From Bacteroidota bacterium (GTDB taxonomy: Bacteria > Bacteroidota > Bacteroidia > B-17B0 > Aurantibacillaceae), in NCBI GenBank assembly GCA_947450025.1, contig CANFTW010000001.1, positions 244,672 to 308,671 on the forward strand: 64,000 nt of DNA. Reading direction: 5' to 3'. Shown in pieces: positions 1 to 10,807 of the stretch (its first letter is position 1; the number at the start of each line of letters is the position of its first letter). Both the position numbers and the translations under genes were made by a program. The notes under the pieces were generated by a model. The model had not been told where the DNA came from and did not search any database. It worked only from the letters and a program-made list of their open reading frames with translations.

Positions 1-424
1 ATGAAATTGCTTTTTGTAAGTTAAACGATGGTAGTGCTGGCACTTCACTAGGAAAATAATCATTAGATGTTCCTTCACCTCTAATCGCTGCAATAGGTAA
101 AATTAAATCACCAATTTGATTTTTCTTTTTCAATCCACCACATTTTCCTAAAAATAAAACCGCTTTAGGAGAAATGGCCGTTAGCAAATCCATAATCGTT
201 GCAGCCATTGCACTTCCCATACTGAAATTAATAATCGTAATTCCTTCTGCTGTGGCCGTTTGCATAGGTCTATCGAGGCCTTCTACTTCTACCCCATTCC
301 ATTCCGCAAACATTTTTACATAACCTCCAAAATTGGTTAACAAAATATATTCTCCAAAATCTTCTATTTTTTTTCCTGTATAACGAGGTAACCAATTATT
401 GACAATTTCTTCTTTCGTCTTCAT
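1..424 (-). CDS. amn: AMP nucleosidase (5' part; runs off the window start)
   Basis: Not in the ORF track. Manual translation from ATG at 424 gives MKTKEEIVNNWLPRYTG...ILLTNFGGY...GITIINFSMGSAMAATIMDLL...LFLGKCGGLK...PIAAIRGEGTSNDYFP, the Bacteroidota AMP nucleosidase pattern. Confidence 0.9.
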   Translation of the reverse strand, partial: MKTKEEIVNNWLPRYTGKKIEDFGEYILLTNFGGYVKMFAEWNGVEVEGLDRPMQTATAEGITIINFSMGSAMAATIMDLLTAISPKAVLFLGKCGGLKKKNQIGDLILPIAAIRGEGTSNDYFPSEVPALPSFNLQKAIS

Positions 425-536
425 ATTAAATTACATTTAAATAAAACAATAAGCCTATCTTTTGATCAAGATGCAGAGCTTTCAAGGCACTATTAACTAA
501 TTTATATAAAAAGGTCAATTCTATGGCCGATACAAA

Positions 537-544
537 CAAAGATA
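537..544 (-). promoter_or_regulatory. Bacteroidota -7 promoter box upstream of amn
   Basis: TATCTTTG on the minus strand matches the TAnnTTTG consensus. Confidence 0.5.
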
Positions 545-610
545 CAAAGTATTTAATTATGACAACTACATTATTATTTTACCATATCTTTATCAAATTA
601 TTTTTTAACT

Positions 611-1084
611 GTGGCATTACCTTCTTTAAATTTCCCTAAAATTGACTTTCGTTTTCAAAAAAACGATAAGAATATTCTACAGCTATTTGATATTATCCGT
701 AAAAAATTCGTGAATATTACACCAGAAGAATGGGTAAGGCAACATGTTATTCATTTTTTGATTGAGCAAAAACAAGTACCTGCTTCTATGATTTCAGTCG
801 AAAAACAATTGACACTTAATCATACCAAACGACGAACAGATCTTGTCGTTTTTAATAATTCATTAAAGCCCCTGATGATTATAGAATGTAAAGCGCCTGA
901 GGTAGAAATTAATCAACTAACTATAAATCAGGCCTTACGCTACAACTTACAATTAAATGTTCCTGCTATTTTTTTAAGTAACGGGTTCCAACATATTTGT
1001 ATTCAATTAGAACAAACTGGCCCGAAAATCCTTAAAGATGTGCCTGACTACAATGCTCTACTAAAATTTTTAGGCGACTCTTAG
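611..1084 (+). CDS. Stand-alone type I restriction HsdR N-terminal-like domain protein
   Basis: FDIIRKKFV..TPEEWVRQH and D..V..IIECKAP (PD-(D/E)xK-like); usual neighbour of amn in Bacteroidota. Confidence 0.85.
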   Translation: MALPSLNFPKIDFRFQKNDKNILQLFDIIRKKFVNITPEEWVRQHVIHFLIEQKQVPASMISVEKQLTLNHTKRRTDLVVFNNSLKPLMIIECKAPEVEINQLTINQALRYNLQLNVPAIFLSNGFQHICIQLEQTGPKILKDVPDYNALLKFLGDS

Positions 1085-1191
1085 ATTTTGTAACTTTTTT
1101 GTAATTAAGTAGTTAGTTTTACTGATTCCATGGCTTTTTTCTGAAATGTTAATAACTTTTAGGTCATTAACAGCAATTAACACTTGCTTTT

Positions 1192-2268
1192 ATGAAAAAA
1201 ACTAACATATTTGCAAAACTCGAATTTTTACGTCAAGAAGTGAAACCTAACAAAATATCTACATTCCTATTAATGATGTCTTCATCTTTAATAGTAAGTG
1301 CTTTTTCTGCTATCTCTTCAAGCCTATTGACAACAAGTAAATCTGTACATCTTTCAAACATATTTTCTCCTGATGAAAAACCAGTAAAAGATGATGGAAA
1401 AAAGAAAGCTGTAAAAAGAGATGACACGACAAAAACTGTTATCAATCCTGCTATTTTAGCTTTATCAAACGATGATCACGAAGATGAAGAAGTAGATTCA
1501 TTATTAGCTTTCCCATCTAATGATTTATATGCAAGTTGGGATACTGCAACTATTCATCCATATTCTTTTATTCAGTGTTTTAAAAAGGATTCGGCAATGA
1601 TTACCTTAACAGAACCAACTGATTGCGGCTTTGTATTACCATTTAACGGAAATGTGACTTCTGAATTTGGATGGAGAAAGAAAAGGCCACATTATGGAAC
1701 CGATATTGATTTAGAAACTGGCGATACAGTTGGCGCTGCATTTGACGGAATGGTTCGAATTGCAAAATTAAATAGAAGTTATGGAAATGTTGTCATTATC
1801 AGACATAACAATGGGCTAGAAACCGTTTACGCTCATCTTTCAAAAATATTAGTTGAAGCTGGTCAAAAAGTTGAGGCTGGTCAAATGATTGGATTAGGTG
1901 GCAATACAGGTCATTCTTTTGGCTCTCACTTACATTTTGAAATGCGTTATTTAGGTCAAGCTATTGACGCCGAAGATTTTATTGATTTTGAAGCTGGTAA
2001 ATTAAAAAACAACACGGTAATGATTACCAAATCCGATGTTGAAAATAAATATGATTTAAGAGCATTACATTCTCGCCAGAAAAAAGATTTAAACTTAACA
2101 CGCGTTACTGGTTCTAAATCTAAACACGGGAAAATATATAAAGTTAAAAAAGGTGATACCTTAGGTCGTATTGCTCAGCGCAATCATACAACCATCAAAG
2201 CTATTTGCAAGAAAAATGGCATCAAACAAACTAAGCCCTTGCGTTTAGGACAAAAATTAAAAATTTAA
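1192..2268 (+). CDS. M23 family peptidoglycan endopeptidase with C-terminal LysM domain
   Basis: HYGTDID, YAHLS and HLHFE zinc motifs; C-terminal YKVKKGDTLGRIA LysM. The true start may be GTG at 1240. Confidence 0.9.
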   Translation: MKKTNIFAKLEFLRQEVKPNKISTFLLMMSSSLIVSAFSAISSSLLTTSKSVHLSNIFSPDEKPVKDDGKKKAVKRDDTTKTVINPAILALSNDDHEDEEVDSLLAFPSNDLYASWDTATIHPYSFIQCFKKDSAMITLTEPTDCGFVLPFNGNVTSEFGWRKKRPHYGTDIDLETGDTVGAAFDGMVRIAKLNRSYGNVVIIRHNNGLETVYAHLSKILVEAGQKVEAGQMIGLGGNTGHSFGSHLHFEMRYLGQAIDAEDFIDFEAGKLKNNTVMITKSDVENKYDLRALHSRQKKDLNLTRVTGSKSKHGKIYKVKKGDTLGRIAQRNHTTIKAICKKNGIKQTKPLRLGQKLKI

Positions 2269-2278
2269 TATCAGACTC

Positions 2279-2313
2279 AAAAAAATGCCCTTGTATGACA
2301 AGGGCATTTTTTT
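2279..2313. terminator. Bidirectional intrinsic terminator
   Basis: A-run, TGCCCTTGT-ATG-ACAAGGGCA, T-run, between convergent genes. Confidence 0.85.
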
Positions 2314-2336
2314 GATATGCAACGAACAAAAAAGTA

Positions 2337-3575
2337 TTACTCCTCCGATCCTCCTAATTCTAACAATTTAATATCACCAATAGCATTACCAGCAATACCT
2401 TTGACTGAGCCGTAAAAATTAGTTGTATTCAATAACACTTTCTCTAATTGTTTTTCACGCTCTTTCCATATTTTTTGCATAGAATTCTTTTCGCGTTGTA
2501 TTCCCATTTGCAACTCAGTAAACCCTTCTACAATTGCTTCTATTTGCTGTCTAAACTCAGTGCCTGTTAAATAAGAATACAACATGCTCATTTTATCACC
2601 TTTATTTTCTTGACTAGCTTGAGCAGCATAAATTTTTACGAGACTGTCTCTCAATACAAATGCTAATGATTTAATTTCAGTAAAATTACAAATCCAAACA
2701 CCATCCTTCATTCCAAAACGATCCATGTCTTTAGGCATAGTTTCAGTTACAATGACAGCAATATCTGCTTGAGAAGAACGCATATCGTGCTTTAATTTAT
2801 CAATCCAATCACCGCCAAATGCTTTTGTGTTTTTACTCTCATAAATAATTTTACCGCACTCTTTACCTAATGGATTTCGAACAGTTTGAATAGCATCTGC
2901 ACCTTTGACACCTTTTCCAACTTCCTCAATCATATCAATAGGAAAGGTATGACGTAATAACTCTTCTAAGGCTAATTCTTGAACTTCACCTTGCATTTGC
3001 ATAGATCCTTGTTCTGCCTTACGTTGCATGGTTTCTATCAAAGATTTTTGATCAGCTAATTTCTTTTCTAATTCTTTTACTTTAAAGTCTGTTTTTTCTG
3101 CTTCCTTTTGTTTAAAGCGTTCTTCGATAGCTTTTTCTCTTTCTAAAATTTGTTTTTCAAATTCAATAGCAAATAATTCTTGCTTTTCTAAAAACGCCTT
3201 TTCTTTTTGCATCAGTTCTAATTCTTTTACCTGTGCTTCTTTTATTTTAGCGGTCTTTTCTTGCAACTCTTTCTCCATCAATTTCACGCGTGTGTCAACT
3301 TCCTCGGCGGCTTTTTTTGTAGCTTCTTGCTCTAATATAGCTTTTTGTAACTTTATCTTTTCAGCAATAATTTTCTCTTGATTCTCAGCGTCTGATTTTG
3401 TCTGTTCGATTAACTTATTAATCTGAACCCTTTCTAACTCTAATTTTTGCTTATCATCATTGTAAACTTTTAAATATTTACTTCTGATTTCGTTTTCTAT
3501 TTCTTGAGCTAATGCATTTCCTATAGGAAACTCATGTTTGCAATTTGGACATTTAACAGTTGATTGATTACTCAT
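2337..3575 (-). CDS. DUF2130-like coiled-coil protein
   Basis: N-terminal CPNC, long coiled coil, QGSMQMQGEVQELALE and IIYESKNTKAF..WIDKLK motifs. Confidence 0.8.
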   Translation of the reverse strand: MSNQSTVKCPNCKHEFPIGNALAQEIENEIRSKYLKVYNDDKQKLELERVQINKLIEQTKSDAENQEKIIAEKIKLQKAILEQEATKKAAEEVDTRVKLMEKELQEKTAKIKEAQVKELELMQKEKAFLEKQELFAIEFEKQILEREKAIEERFKQKEAEKTDFKVKELEKKLADQKSLIETMQRKAEQGSMQMQGEVQELALEELLRHTFPIDMIEEVGKGVKGADAIQTVRNPLGKECGKIIYESKNTKAFGGDWIDKLKHDMRSSQADIAVIVTETMPKDMDRFGMKDGVWICNFTEIKSLAFVLRDSLVKIYAAQASQENKGDKMSMLYSYLTGTEFRQQIEAIVEGFTELQMGIQREKNSMQKIWKEREKQLEKVLLNTTNFYGSVKGIAGNAIGDIKLLELGGSEE

Positions 3576-3612
3576 ATTGATTTTAAAAATAGACCTCTGT
3601 AATAATTAATTT

Positions 3613-4308
3613 TTATATAAATTCATTTAACTTTTCTGACAATATCTTCATTCCATCAACAGCTGTAGCTTTTATAATGATAAGATTTTTAATATGCCCA
3701 AGATTAAAATCTCCTGGATCTATCAAATATTTAAACGTTTTATCAGGGACTACGTGCATTAAATTTGCTGCAGGATATACATTTAACGATGTGCCTATTG
3801 TTATAAAAATATCCGCATCTTCCGTCAATATTATTGCCTTATCCATTTCAGGAACAACTTCACCAAACCAAACAATATGTGGTCTAATTTGAGAGCCTAC
3901 TGCACAAACATCTCCAGGCTTTATTTCCCAATTTTTTAAATCATACACTAACTCTTGTTGTGCTGTGCTTCTACCCTTCATAATTTCACCATGCAAATGC
4001 AATACTTTTTTGCTCCCGGCTCGCTCATGAAGATCATCAATATTTTGTGTAATAACCTGAACTTCAAACTGTTTTTGTAATTCAGCTACCAAAAAATGAG
4101 CCTCATTTGGCTGAGATTCCATGATTTGTTTACGTCGCTGATTATAGAAATCTAAAACTAATTTTTGATTTTTTTGCCAAGCTCCAAAGGTAGCTACATC
4201 TTCAATGTTATAATCTTCCCATAACCCTCCGCTATCTCTAAACGTTTTAATACCACTTTCGGCACTCATTCCCGCTCCACTAAAAACAACTATTTTCTTT
4301 TTGTTCAT
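3613..4308 (-). CDS. cobB: NAD-dependent protein deacylase (Sir2/CobB)
   Basis: GAGMSAESGIKTFRD, ITQNIDDLHERAGS, RPHIVWFGE and GTSLNVYPAA. Confidence 0.92.
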   Translation of the reverse strand: MNKKKIVVFSGAGMSAESGIKTFRDSGGLWEDYNIEDVATFGAWQKNQKLVLDFYNQRRKQIMESQPNEAHFLVAELQKQFEVQVITQNIDDLHERAGSKKVLHLHGEIMKGRSTAQQELVYDLKNWEIKPGDVCAVGSQIRPHIVWFGEVVPEMDKAIILTEDADIFITIGTSLNVYPAANLMHVVPDKTFKYLIDPGDFNLGHIKNLIIIKATAVDGMKILSEKLNEFI

Positions 4309-4400
4309 GATTTGGGGTAAAAATAAACTTTAAACAATCTACAAACAAGTGTCATTTATATTTTAGCTTATCCTAAATTTACAAAAAAATATAACCCACT

Positions 4401-5048
4401 ATGAAATTTTTTATTGATACAGCAAATTTAGATCAAATTAGAGAAGCGCAAGACTTAGGTGTTTTAGACGGTGTAACCACAAACCCATCATTAATGGCTA
4501 AAGAAGGCATTAAAGGACAAGATAATATCTTAAAACATTATGTTGATATTTGTAATATTACAACTGGTGATGTAAGTGCCGAAGTGATTGCAACAGATTT
4601 TGAAGGTATGGTTCGAGAAGGAGAAATGTTAGCAGATTTACACCCTCGTATCGTTGTGAAAATTCCAATGATTAAAGAAGGTGTAAAAGCAATTAAATAC
4701 TTTAGTGATAAAGGAATCAAAACTAACTGTACACTTGTTTTCTCTGCAGGTCAAGCTTTATTAGCAGCAAAGGCAGGTGCAACTTATGTTTCTCCTTTTG
4801 TTGGACGTTTAGATGACATTAGCCAAGATGGAATGGATTTAATTGATGACATCAGAACCATTTATGATAATTATGGGTATGAAACTGAAATTTTAGCAGC
4901 ATCAGTTCGTCATCCAATGCATATTATCCAGTGTGCTAAAATTGGAGCTGATGTGATTACAGCACCTTTGAGCGCAATTGCAGCATTATTAAATCACCCA
5001 TTAACAGATAAAGGCTTAGCTCAATTTTTAGCAGATGCTAAAAAATAA
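4401..5048 (+). CDS. fsa: Transaldolase / fructose-6-phosphate aldolase (TalC/Fsa family)
   Basis: [33 protein letters not shown] and ILAASVR. Confidence 0.93.
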   Translation: MKFFIDTANLDQIREAQDLGVLDGVTTNPSLMAKEGIKGQDNILKHYVDICNITTGDVSAEVIATDFEGMVREGEMLADLHPRIVVKIPMIKEGVKAIKYFSDKGIKTNCTLVFSAGQALLAAKAGATYVSPFVGRLDDISQDGMDLIDDIRTIYDNYGYETEILAASVRHPMHIIQCAKIGADVITAPLSAIAALLNHPLTDKGLAQFLADAKK

Positions 5049-5073
5049 ATTTGTCATTGTAATAACACATACT

Positions 5074-5110
5074 AAAAAAGCCCTCACTAAAAACAGTAAG
5101 GGCTTTTTTT
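5074..5110. terminator. Bidirectional intrinsic terminator
   Basis: A6-GCCCTCACT...AGTAAGGGC-T7 between convergent fsa and rsmG. Confidence 0.8.
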
Positions 5111-5122
5111 CTAATTTCATTT

Positions 5123-5749
5123 TTACAATTTATAATACACTACCTTTTTTGTGTCAAAAAACTCGTCATCAAAATAATTTTTTAAATCATAAAAAATGGC
5201 TTTATCATAATGGTGTCCAAATTCTTCGCGAAGGTCGCCTCCTTTTAAATAAAGAATACCATTTGGTAAATCGTTAAAATTATCTTTCAGTATTTTTTTA
5301 CTAATCCAGTTATAAAACTCTGGGAAAGCTGTAACGGCTCTACTTACAATAAAATGGTATTTATCACTTATTTTTTCTGCACGTTCATGTTGCGCCGTTA
5401 AATTTGTTAATCCAACCCCATTGGCAACCTCTGTCACAACTTTAATTTTTTTACCAATTGAATCTACTAAATGAAAAGTAGACTCAGGAAACAAAATAGC
5501 TAGAGGGATTCCTGGAAAACCACCTCCACATCCAACATCTAATATTTTAGTTCCCGGTTTAAATTCCATCACTTTAGCAATTCCTAAAGAATGTAAAACA
5601 TGTCGTTCATACAACAAATCACTATCTTTTCTGGAAATCACATTAATTTGAGAATTCCAATGAATATACAAGTCATACAATTGTTCGAATTGACGTTTTT
5701 GATGTTCTGTTATATTTGGAAAATATTTTAATAGGATTTCAGTTTTCAC
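5123..5749 (-). CDS. rsmG: 16S rRNA m7G527 methyltransferase
   Basis: WNSQINVISRKD, HVLHSL, LDVGCGGGFPGIPLAI, VSRAV and LKGG. Confidence 0.95.
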   Translation of the reverse strand: MKTEILLKYFPNITEHQKRQFEQLYDLYIHWNSQINVISRKDSDLLYERHVLHSLGIAKVMEFKPGTKILDVGCGGGFPGIPLAILFPESTFHLVDSIGKKIKVVTEVANGVGLTNLTAQHERAEKISDKYHFIVSRAVTAFPEFYNWISKKILKDNFNDLPNGILYLKGGDLREEFGHHYDKAIFYDLKNYFDDEFFDTKKVVYYKL

Positions 5750-5861
5750 AATATAAAGTATGTTAATTTTTTATTCGTTAGATTGAAGTGGAAAATATTT
5801 TTATTCTCTCTAGTATGCAATTGAGCTCTAGTGTGAAAGCTCAAAATCATAAATGCTAGGT

Positions 5862-6476
5862 TTATTTTTCTTGATTTTTAAGGATATTAAATAAGAAATC
5901 TCTTGCTCTAAATAATTGAGCTTTAACTGTACCAACAGGTAAATCCAATTTGATAGCAATTTCCTCGTAACTTAATTCTTCATAATAACGCATCTTTACT
6001 AATTCCTTATATCTAGGTTTCAGTTTTTCAACCACCTCTCTCAGCATTTCAACTTTTTGTTTTTTTATAATATACTCTTCAGGATCTAGTGTTTGAGATT
6101 TAATATTCTTAGAAAATTCCTGCCCTTCATCATTTTCCATCTTAGTATCTAAAGATAGGGCTGTATTTTTCTTTTTATTTCTTAAAAAATCTATGGCATT
6201 ATTACTTGCTATTTTAAACAACCATGTACTAAATGCATACGTTGGCGTGTATTGATCTAATCGTTTAAAGGCTCTTCCAAAAGCTTCAATGGTTAAATCA
6301 TCTGCATCATCTTTATTATTACACATTCTTAACATTGTAAAATAAACAGATTCACGATATCGCTGTAATAATTCCGCATAAGCCTTCTGATCACCTTTAT
6401 GCAAGGCTAATTGTATGAGTTTATAATCATACACGGCTTTGGTTGTGAGATTATCGCTAGGCTCTAGTTCTTCCAT
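5862..6476 (-). CDS. ECF RNA polymerase sigma-70 factor
   Basis: Region 2 FSTWLFKIASNNAIDFLR; region 4 LSYEEIA..LDLPVGTVKAQLFRAR. Confidence 0.92.
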   Translation of the reverse strand: MEELEPSDNLTTKAVYDYKLIQLALHKGDQKAYAELLQRYRESVYFTMLRMCNNKDDADDLTIEAFGRAFKRLDQYTPTYAFSTWLFKIASNNAIDFLRNKKKNTALSLDTKMENDEGQEFSKNIKSQTLDPEEYIIKKQKVEMLREVVEKLKPRYKELVKMRYYEELSYEEIAIKLDLPVGTVKAQLFRARDFLFNILKNQEK

Positions 6477-7606
6477 TTATTTTGTTTATTAAACAATAGA
6501 CTAATATGAAACATAGGATAAACCATCAGTAATATAATTTCGTGAAAAAATGCGAAAGCCCACAAATCTACTTCATTCAGTTTCTTTGATACTTTCTTAA
6601 AGATAATCATTTGAATGCATATTTTCAAAATAAAAGCAGATAAGCCTATTAAAATAGTTGTTTTGAAAAGTAATAAGGATAAAAGTAAAATATGAAACGC
6701 GTACTGCAAGACATAAGCCATTGTTATTTTAGTTTTGCTACTTGCACTATAATGAGGAGCAGTTGTTAAATGTCTCAATTTTTGACGTTTCCAATCTAAA
6801 AATGATGTTTTTGCTAAGGAGTATGTAATTGCGTTTGGCGAGATCACCACATTAGTATTTTCTTGTGTACAGGCTTGATTAATAAATAAATCATCATCAC
6901 CAGATACAATATGATAATGTTTAGAAAAGCCTTTTTGTTTGTAAAACAACTCTTTTTTGTACCCTAAATTTCTTCCAACTCCCATATAAGCGCTTCCTTT
7001 TAAAGCAGCTGATAAATAATTAACGGCAATTAAAAACGTATCAAAACGAATTAATTTATTTAGAAATCCTTTTTCTTTCTTATATGCTCCATAACCTAAC
7101 ACAATTTCTTTTTTGTTTACAAATCCAGAACTCATCTCTTCAAGCCAATGTTCGCTTGCTGGAAAACAATCAGCATCCGTAAAAAGCAAATTATCATACT
7201 TTGCCCCTTTAATACCTACCATTACTGCAAACTTTTTTCCATGCTTATAGTAATCATCTTCCTTTATATTTACTTTTTTTAGATTAGGGAAAATCTTAGC
7301 AAACTCATCAATCACATTTTCTGTATTGTCAATTGAACAATCATTAACCACCACAACTTCAAATTCAGGATAATCCTGAACTAAAATTTTAGGTAAAAAT
7401 TCCGTTAAATTATCATCTTCATTACGCGCGCAAATAATAATTGAAACAGGAGCTTTAGATTGGCTGGATTCCAAAGACACGGTTTTTAAATTACCAATAG
7501 GCAGTATATTAATAACATAATGAATAATAATGCCTATAAACGACACAAAAAAGGCAATTAACAATAGTTCATCGACCCCTATTTCAACAAAATCAGGAAA
7601 ATACAT
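6464..7606 (-). CDS. Membrane glycosyltransferase family 2
   Basis: SIIICARNE, VVNDCSID, FTDADC, GDDD and QKLRH, plus transmembrane segments. Confidence 0.9.
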   Translation of the reverse strand: MYFPDFVEIGVDELLLIAFFVSFIGIIIHYVINILPIGNLKTVSLESSQSKAPVSIIICARNEDDNLTEFLPKILVQDYPEFEVVVVNDCSIDNTENVIDEFAKIFPNLKKVNIKEDDYYKHGKKFAVMVGIKGAKYDNLLFTDADCFPASEHWLEEMSSGFVNKKEIVLGYGAYKKEKGFLNKLIRFDTFLIAVNYLSAALKGSAYMGVGRNLGYKKELFYKQKGFSKHYHIVSGDDDLFINQACTQENTNVVISPNAITYSLAKTSFLDWKRQKLRHLTTAPHYSASSKTKITMAYVLQYAFHILLLSLLLFKTTILIGLSAFILKICIQMIIFKKVSKKLNEVDLWAFAFFHEIILLMVYPMFHISLLFNKQNKWKN

Positions 7607-7644
7607 ATAGCAAAAATACCAAGCATACAGCTAGATAATTCGGT

Positions 7645-7652
7645 TATATTTG
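7645..7652 (+). promoter_or_regulatory. Bacteroidota -7 promoter box
   Basis: TATATTTG about 25 nt upstream of the HAD phosphatase start. Confidence 0.55.
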
Positions 7653-7677
7653 CAATTATTAAACAAAGAAATTAACA

Positions 7678-8325
7678 ATGCTCACAGATATAAAAGCCGT
7701 CATTTTTGACATGGATGGAGTCATTATTGACTCGGAACCTCTTTGGAGACGAGCAATGATTAAAAGTTTTATTGAAGTTGGCATTCCATTTAGTGATGAA
7801 CACTGCCGAATAACCACTGGATTAAGGTTTAAAGAAGTGATCGATTTTTGGTTTAAAAAACATCATATTTCTCATATTTCAATAGATGAATTTGATGATT
7901 TAGTCATAAACAGACTTTGCGTCTTAATAAAAGAAGAAGGCAAGGCAATGAAAGGTTTGATTGAGATATTACCATTTTTAAAGAAAAAAGGCTTAAAATT
8001 AGGCATAGGAACTTCCTCTAATACCAAATTAATGAATACAGTAGTAGATGTTTTAAATATTAGACATTACTTTGATGAACTATGTTCAGCCGAACACATG
8101 TCTCACGGCAAACCTCATCCTATGGTATATTTAAACTGCGCCGAAAAATTAAATGTTAAGCCTCTTCAATGCTTAGTGATTGAGGACTCTGTAAATGGCA
8201 TTATTGCGGGTAAAGCGGCTCAAATGAAAGTATTAGCTATACCGGAAGACATTAATAAAAATAATCCAAAATTCTCAATCGCAGATTATACTATGGAATC
8301 GTTAATTGAATTAATGACAATTTAA
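7678..8325 (+). CDS. HAD-superfamily phosphatase (HxpB/YniC-like)
   Basis: FDMDGVIIDSEP, GKPHP and IEDSVNG. Confidence 0.88.
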   Translation: MLTDIKAVIFDMDGVIIDSEPLWRRAMIKSFIEVGIPFSDEHCRITTGLRFKEVIDFWFKKHHISHISIDEFDDLVINRLCVLIKEEGKAMKGLIEILPFLKKKGLKLGIGTSSNTKLMNTVVDVLNIRHYFDELCSAEHMSHGKPHPMVYLNCAEKLNVKPLQCLVIEDSVNGIIAGKAAQMKVLAIPEDINKNNPKFSIADYTMESLIELMTI

Positions 8326-8327
8326 TT

Positions 8328-8981
8328 TTAGTCAATACAAGCTCTTAAAAATTGATTTAAAGGCAAGATGGCTTTAAAAATTTTAGACGCATAGGTTGGG
8401 AAATTCTTTTCAAGTACTTCACTATCTTTTAAATGATGCATTACGATGAAATGTTTATTTTGCAAAAAACTCAATTCAAGATGATCTTTCGGATAACCTT
8501 TTGGCGCTGTCTTCAACTTGTCCTCAGGTGACAATTCTTTAAAGTACAATTTAAAATCTTTTGCATTTAAAATCTTCTTAAAGTCAGCTGCATTATAATC
8601 AATCTCTTGTCTAATTTTAGCTAAAACATCCGCTTGTGGCATATAAATGCCTCCTGCTAAAAAACATTTACCTGGTTCAATATGCATATAGTATCCTGCT
8701 CCCATATCCTTTTTACCACCAGGATTGATACTAGCTCCCATGTTTGATTTGTAGGGCGATTTGTCTTTACTAAATCTAACATCTCGATTAATACGAAACA
8801 TACATTTTTTAGCTTCTAATCCTGCTAATCCTTTATCAAACGTTGCACTTTTATCAATAACAGATTTCACGATAGCCTCAAACTCAGATTTACAAACCTC
8901 ATAGGTTTTTCTATTCTCATCAAACCATTCTTTATTATTGTTTTTAGATAATTGCTTTAAAAACTTAAAAGTCGTTTCCAT
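8328..8981 (-). CDS. DUF2461 family protein
   Basis: NNNKEWF, FRINRDVRFSKDKSPYK and LKTAPKGYPKDH. Confidence 0.85.
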   Translation of the reverse strand: METTFKFLKQLSKNNNKEWFDENRKTYEVCKSEFEAIVKSVIDKSATFDKGLAGLEAKKCMFRINRDVRFSKDKSPYKSNMGASINPGGKKDMGAGYYMHIEPGKCFLAGGIYMPQADVLAKIRQEIDYNAADFKKILNAKDFKLYFKELSPEDKLKTAPKGYPKDHLELSFLQNKHFIVMHHLKDSEVLEKNFPTYASKIFKAILPLNQFLRACID

Positions 8982-8982
8982 A

Positions 8983-10071
8983 TTATTCAGGTATATTTTC
9001 AGTTAGTTTTTTAAAAAATTTAAAATGATCTAAAAATTCTTTTGCAATAATTCTTAATAATGTATAACATGGAATTGCGACAACCATGCCTAATACTCCA
9101 CCTATAGTGCCAGCCATCAATATGATTAGAAAAATTTCTAGGGGATGAGCTTTGACTGTGTTTGAAAAAATAGTTGGTTGTATAAACATTGCATCTATCA
9201 AATTAGTTCCTATCAAAATCATGACAATTTTAGCAATTGTTTCCGTAATTAAATCATACTGATTAAACTCAATACATCCACTAACACCTAAAAACATAGC
9301 GAAAAATAAAGTAATAATAGGTCCTATATAAGGAATAATATTCATAACCCCAGCTAAACAGCCAATCACTAATGCATTTTTAACACCAAACAACCACATC
9401 AAAACAGTTACAATTATACTCACTAATAACATGTCAATAAACAAACCTATAAAATAACTGCTCAACATTTTTCGAGAGGTTCTGTAAATATCTGTCATTG
9501 CGGATTCATAATTTGTTGGCGAAATTAATAATAGAGCTTTAGCAACCATTTTTCCATCTTTTAAAAAGAAAAACGTAATAAATAATACTGAAAATAAACC
9601 TCCTAAAAGAGAGCCAGTATATAAAATCATATTATTTAATACTAAACGAACATTTTGAAAATTAAGAAAATGATTAACTTGACTAGTTAAACTATTCATT
9701 ATTTGTTGCTCAGAACCAAAAGAATCCATCATTTTTTTTAATGAAGGGTAATAAATAAAAAGATTATGCAAAACATCGTGCAGATTAGCATTAGATAAAA
9801 ATGTAATTTGTTTAATCAGTGGTGGAAGAAAAGTAATGGTTATTAAATATAGTATTATAAAAAACACACACAAAGTAACTAAGGAGGCTAAAGAGTTACT
9901 AAGATGAAATTTTCCGATTTTTAATTTAGTAATCAACTTAACGATAGGCATCCCAATTAAGGACAATACAAGCGCAATTACAATATAAATAAACACATTA
10001 GTAAATAAATATACTAAAGTAATTAATGATAATAAAGTAATTAGAGGAATTGTATATTTTTTAAAATTCAT
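8983..10071 (-). CDS. AI-2E family transporter
   Basis: Multi-TM protein with NIIPYIGP, QP.IFS..VKAHP and GGVLGMVVAIP. Confidence 0.88.
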   Translation of the reverse strand: MNFKKYTIPLITLLSLITLVYLFTNVFIYIVIALVLSLIGMPIVKLITKLKIGKFHLSNSLASLVTLCVFFIILYLITITFLPPLIKQITFLSNANLHDVLHNLFIYYPSLKKMMDSFGSEQQIMNSLTSQVNHFLNFQNVRLVLNNMILYTGSLLGGLFSVLFITFFFLKDGKMVAKALLLISPTNYESAMTDIYRTSRKMLSSYFIGLFIDMLLVSIIVTVLMWLFGVKNALVIGCLAGVMNIIPYIGPIITLFFAMFLGVSGCIEFNQYDLITETIAKIVMILIGTNLIDAMFIQPTIFSNTVKAHPLEIFLIILMAGTIGGVLGMVVAIPCYTLLRIIAKEFLDHFKFFKKLTENIPE

Positions 10072-10093
10072 CTTTTAAAAATACAAAAAAGTA

Positions 10094-10780
10094 TTATACC
10101 CTTGATTTTCTATTTTTAAAGTAATCCATTAATAAAACTGTACTTAATAATAAACTCAAGCAATAAAAAGTATCTTCTAATGGTATAGAAAATAGCCTTA
10201 TAGCCATGTTTTCTTCATTATTATAAACAACTATGGGTAAAGCGGTTAATACGCCATTACAGATTAAAAATGGAATTAAACAAACGAAATAAGCTAAATA
10301 AAATCTTCCCATATTTCTGTACTTATAGACAAAGGTTGCAAATAGCACTAAGCCTAAACATATTCCGGCATTAACAATTGTATATGTTTTATTATAAAAT
10401 AAAACACATGTGATTAAACTAATAATTGATACTAAAACACTAATTTTTGTTGAACAAGAGCCTAGAACATCTCTTGCCACATAGGCATTAAAAACTTCGA
10501 AAATAAAAACGCAAGAATAAGGTACAGAAATAAAAAACAACACTTCCTCAATTGGCAAATTGAAGAGGTAAACTCCAATAGTATAGTCGGTGTTAAACCC
10601 CCATACTCCATTAGCTGTAAATAAAATGTCCCAAAAAATAAAAAAAACACCGGTTAACAACATGGCAGGAAACAAAAATTTCCAATGCTTATAAAACGCT
10701 ACTTTTTTATCAAAACTTAATATCAGCGGAAAGAAAACACTGAAAATATCTAAAACTAAATAAGTATAATGGGGATTCAT
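10094..10780 (-). CDS. crtY: Membrane lycopene cyclase (fused CrtYc/Yd-type, two repeated domains)
   Basis: Two lycopene-cyclase domain motifs, LPIEEVLFF and IPLEDTFY; carotenoid gene context. Confidence 0.8.
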   Translation of the reverse strand: MNPHYTYLVLDIFSVFFPLILSFDKKVAFYKHWKFLFPAMLLTGVFFIFWDILFTANGVWGFNTDYTIGVYLFNLPIEEVLFFISVPYSCVFIFEVFNAYVARDVLGSCSTKISVLVSIISLITCVLFYNKTYTIVNAGICLGLVLFATFVYKYRNMGRFYLAYFVCLIPFLICNGVLTALPIVVYNNEENMAIRLFSIPLEDTFYCLSLLLSTVLLMDYFKNRKSRV

Positions 10781-10807
10781 GTTATATTAATTGATTCAAA
10801 GATACAA

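Noticed and set aside
611..1084. HsdR_N protein as a restriction or defence system
   Set aside because: No hsdM, hsdS or helicase domain; this stand-alone gene is a routine amn neighbour in Bacteroidota.
2337..4308. Sir2 plus coiled-coil protein as an anti-phage pair (Thoeris/DSR-like)
   Set aside because: The Sir2 protein is a typical short CobB deacylase with all housekeeping motifs and no defence partners.
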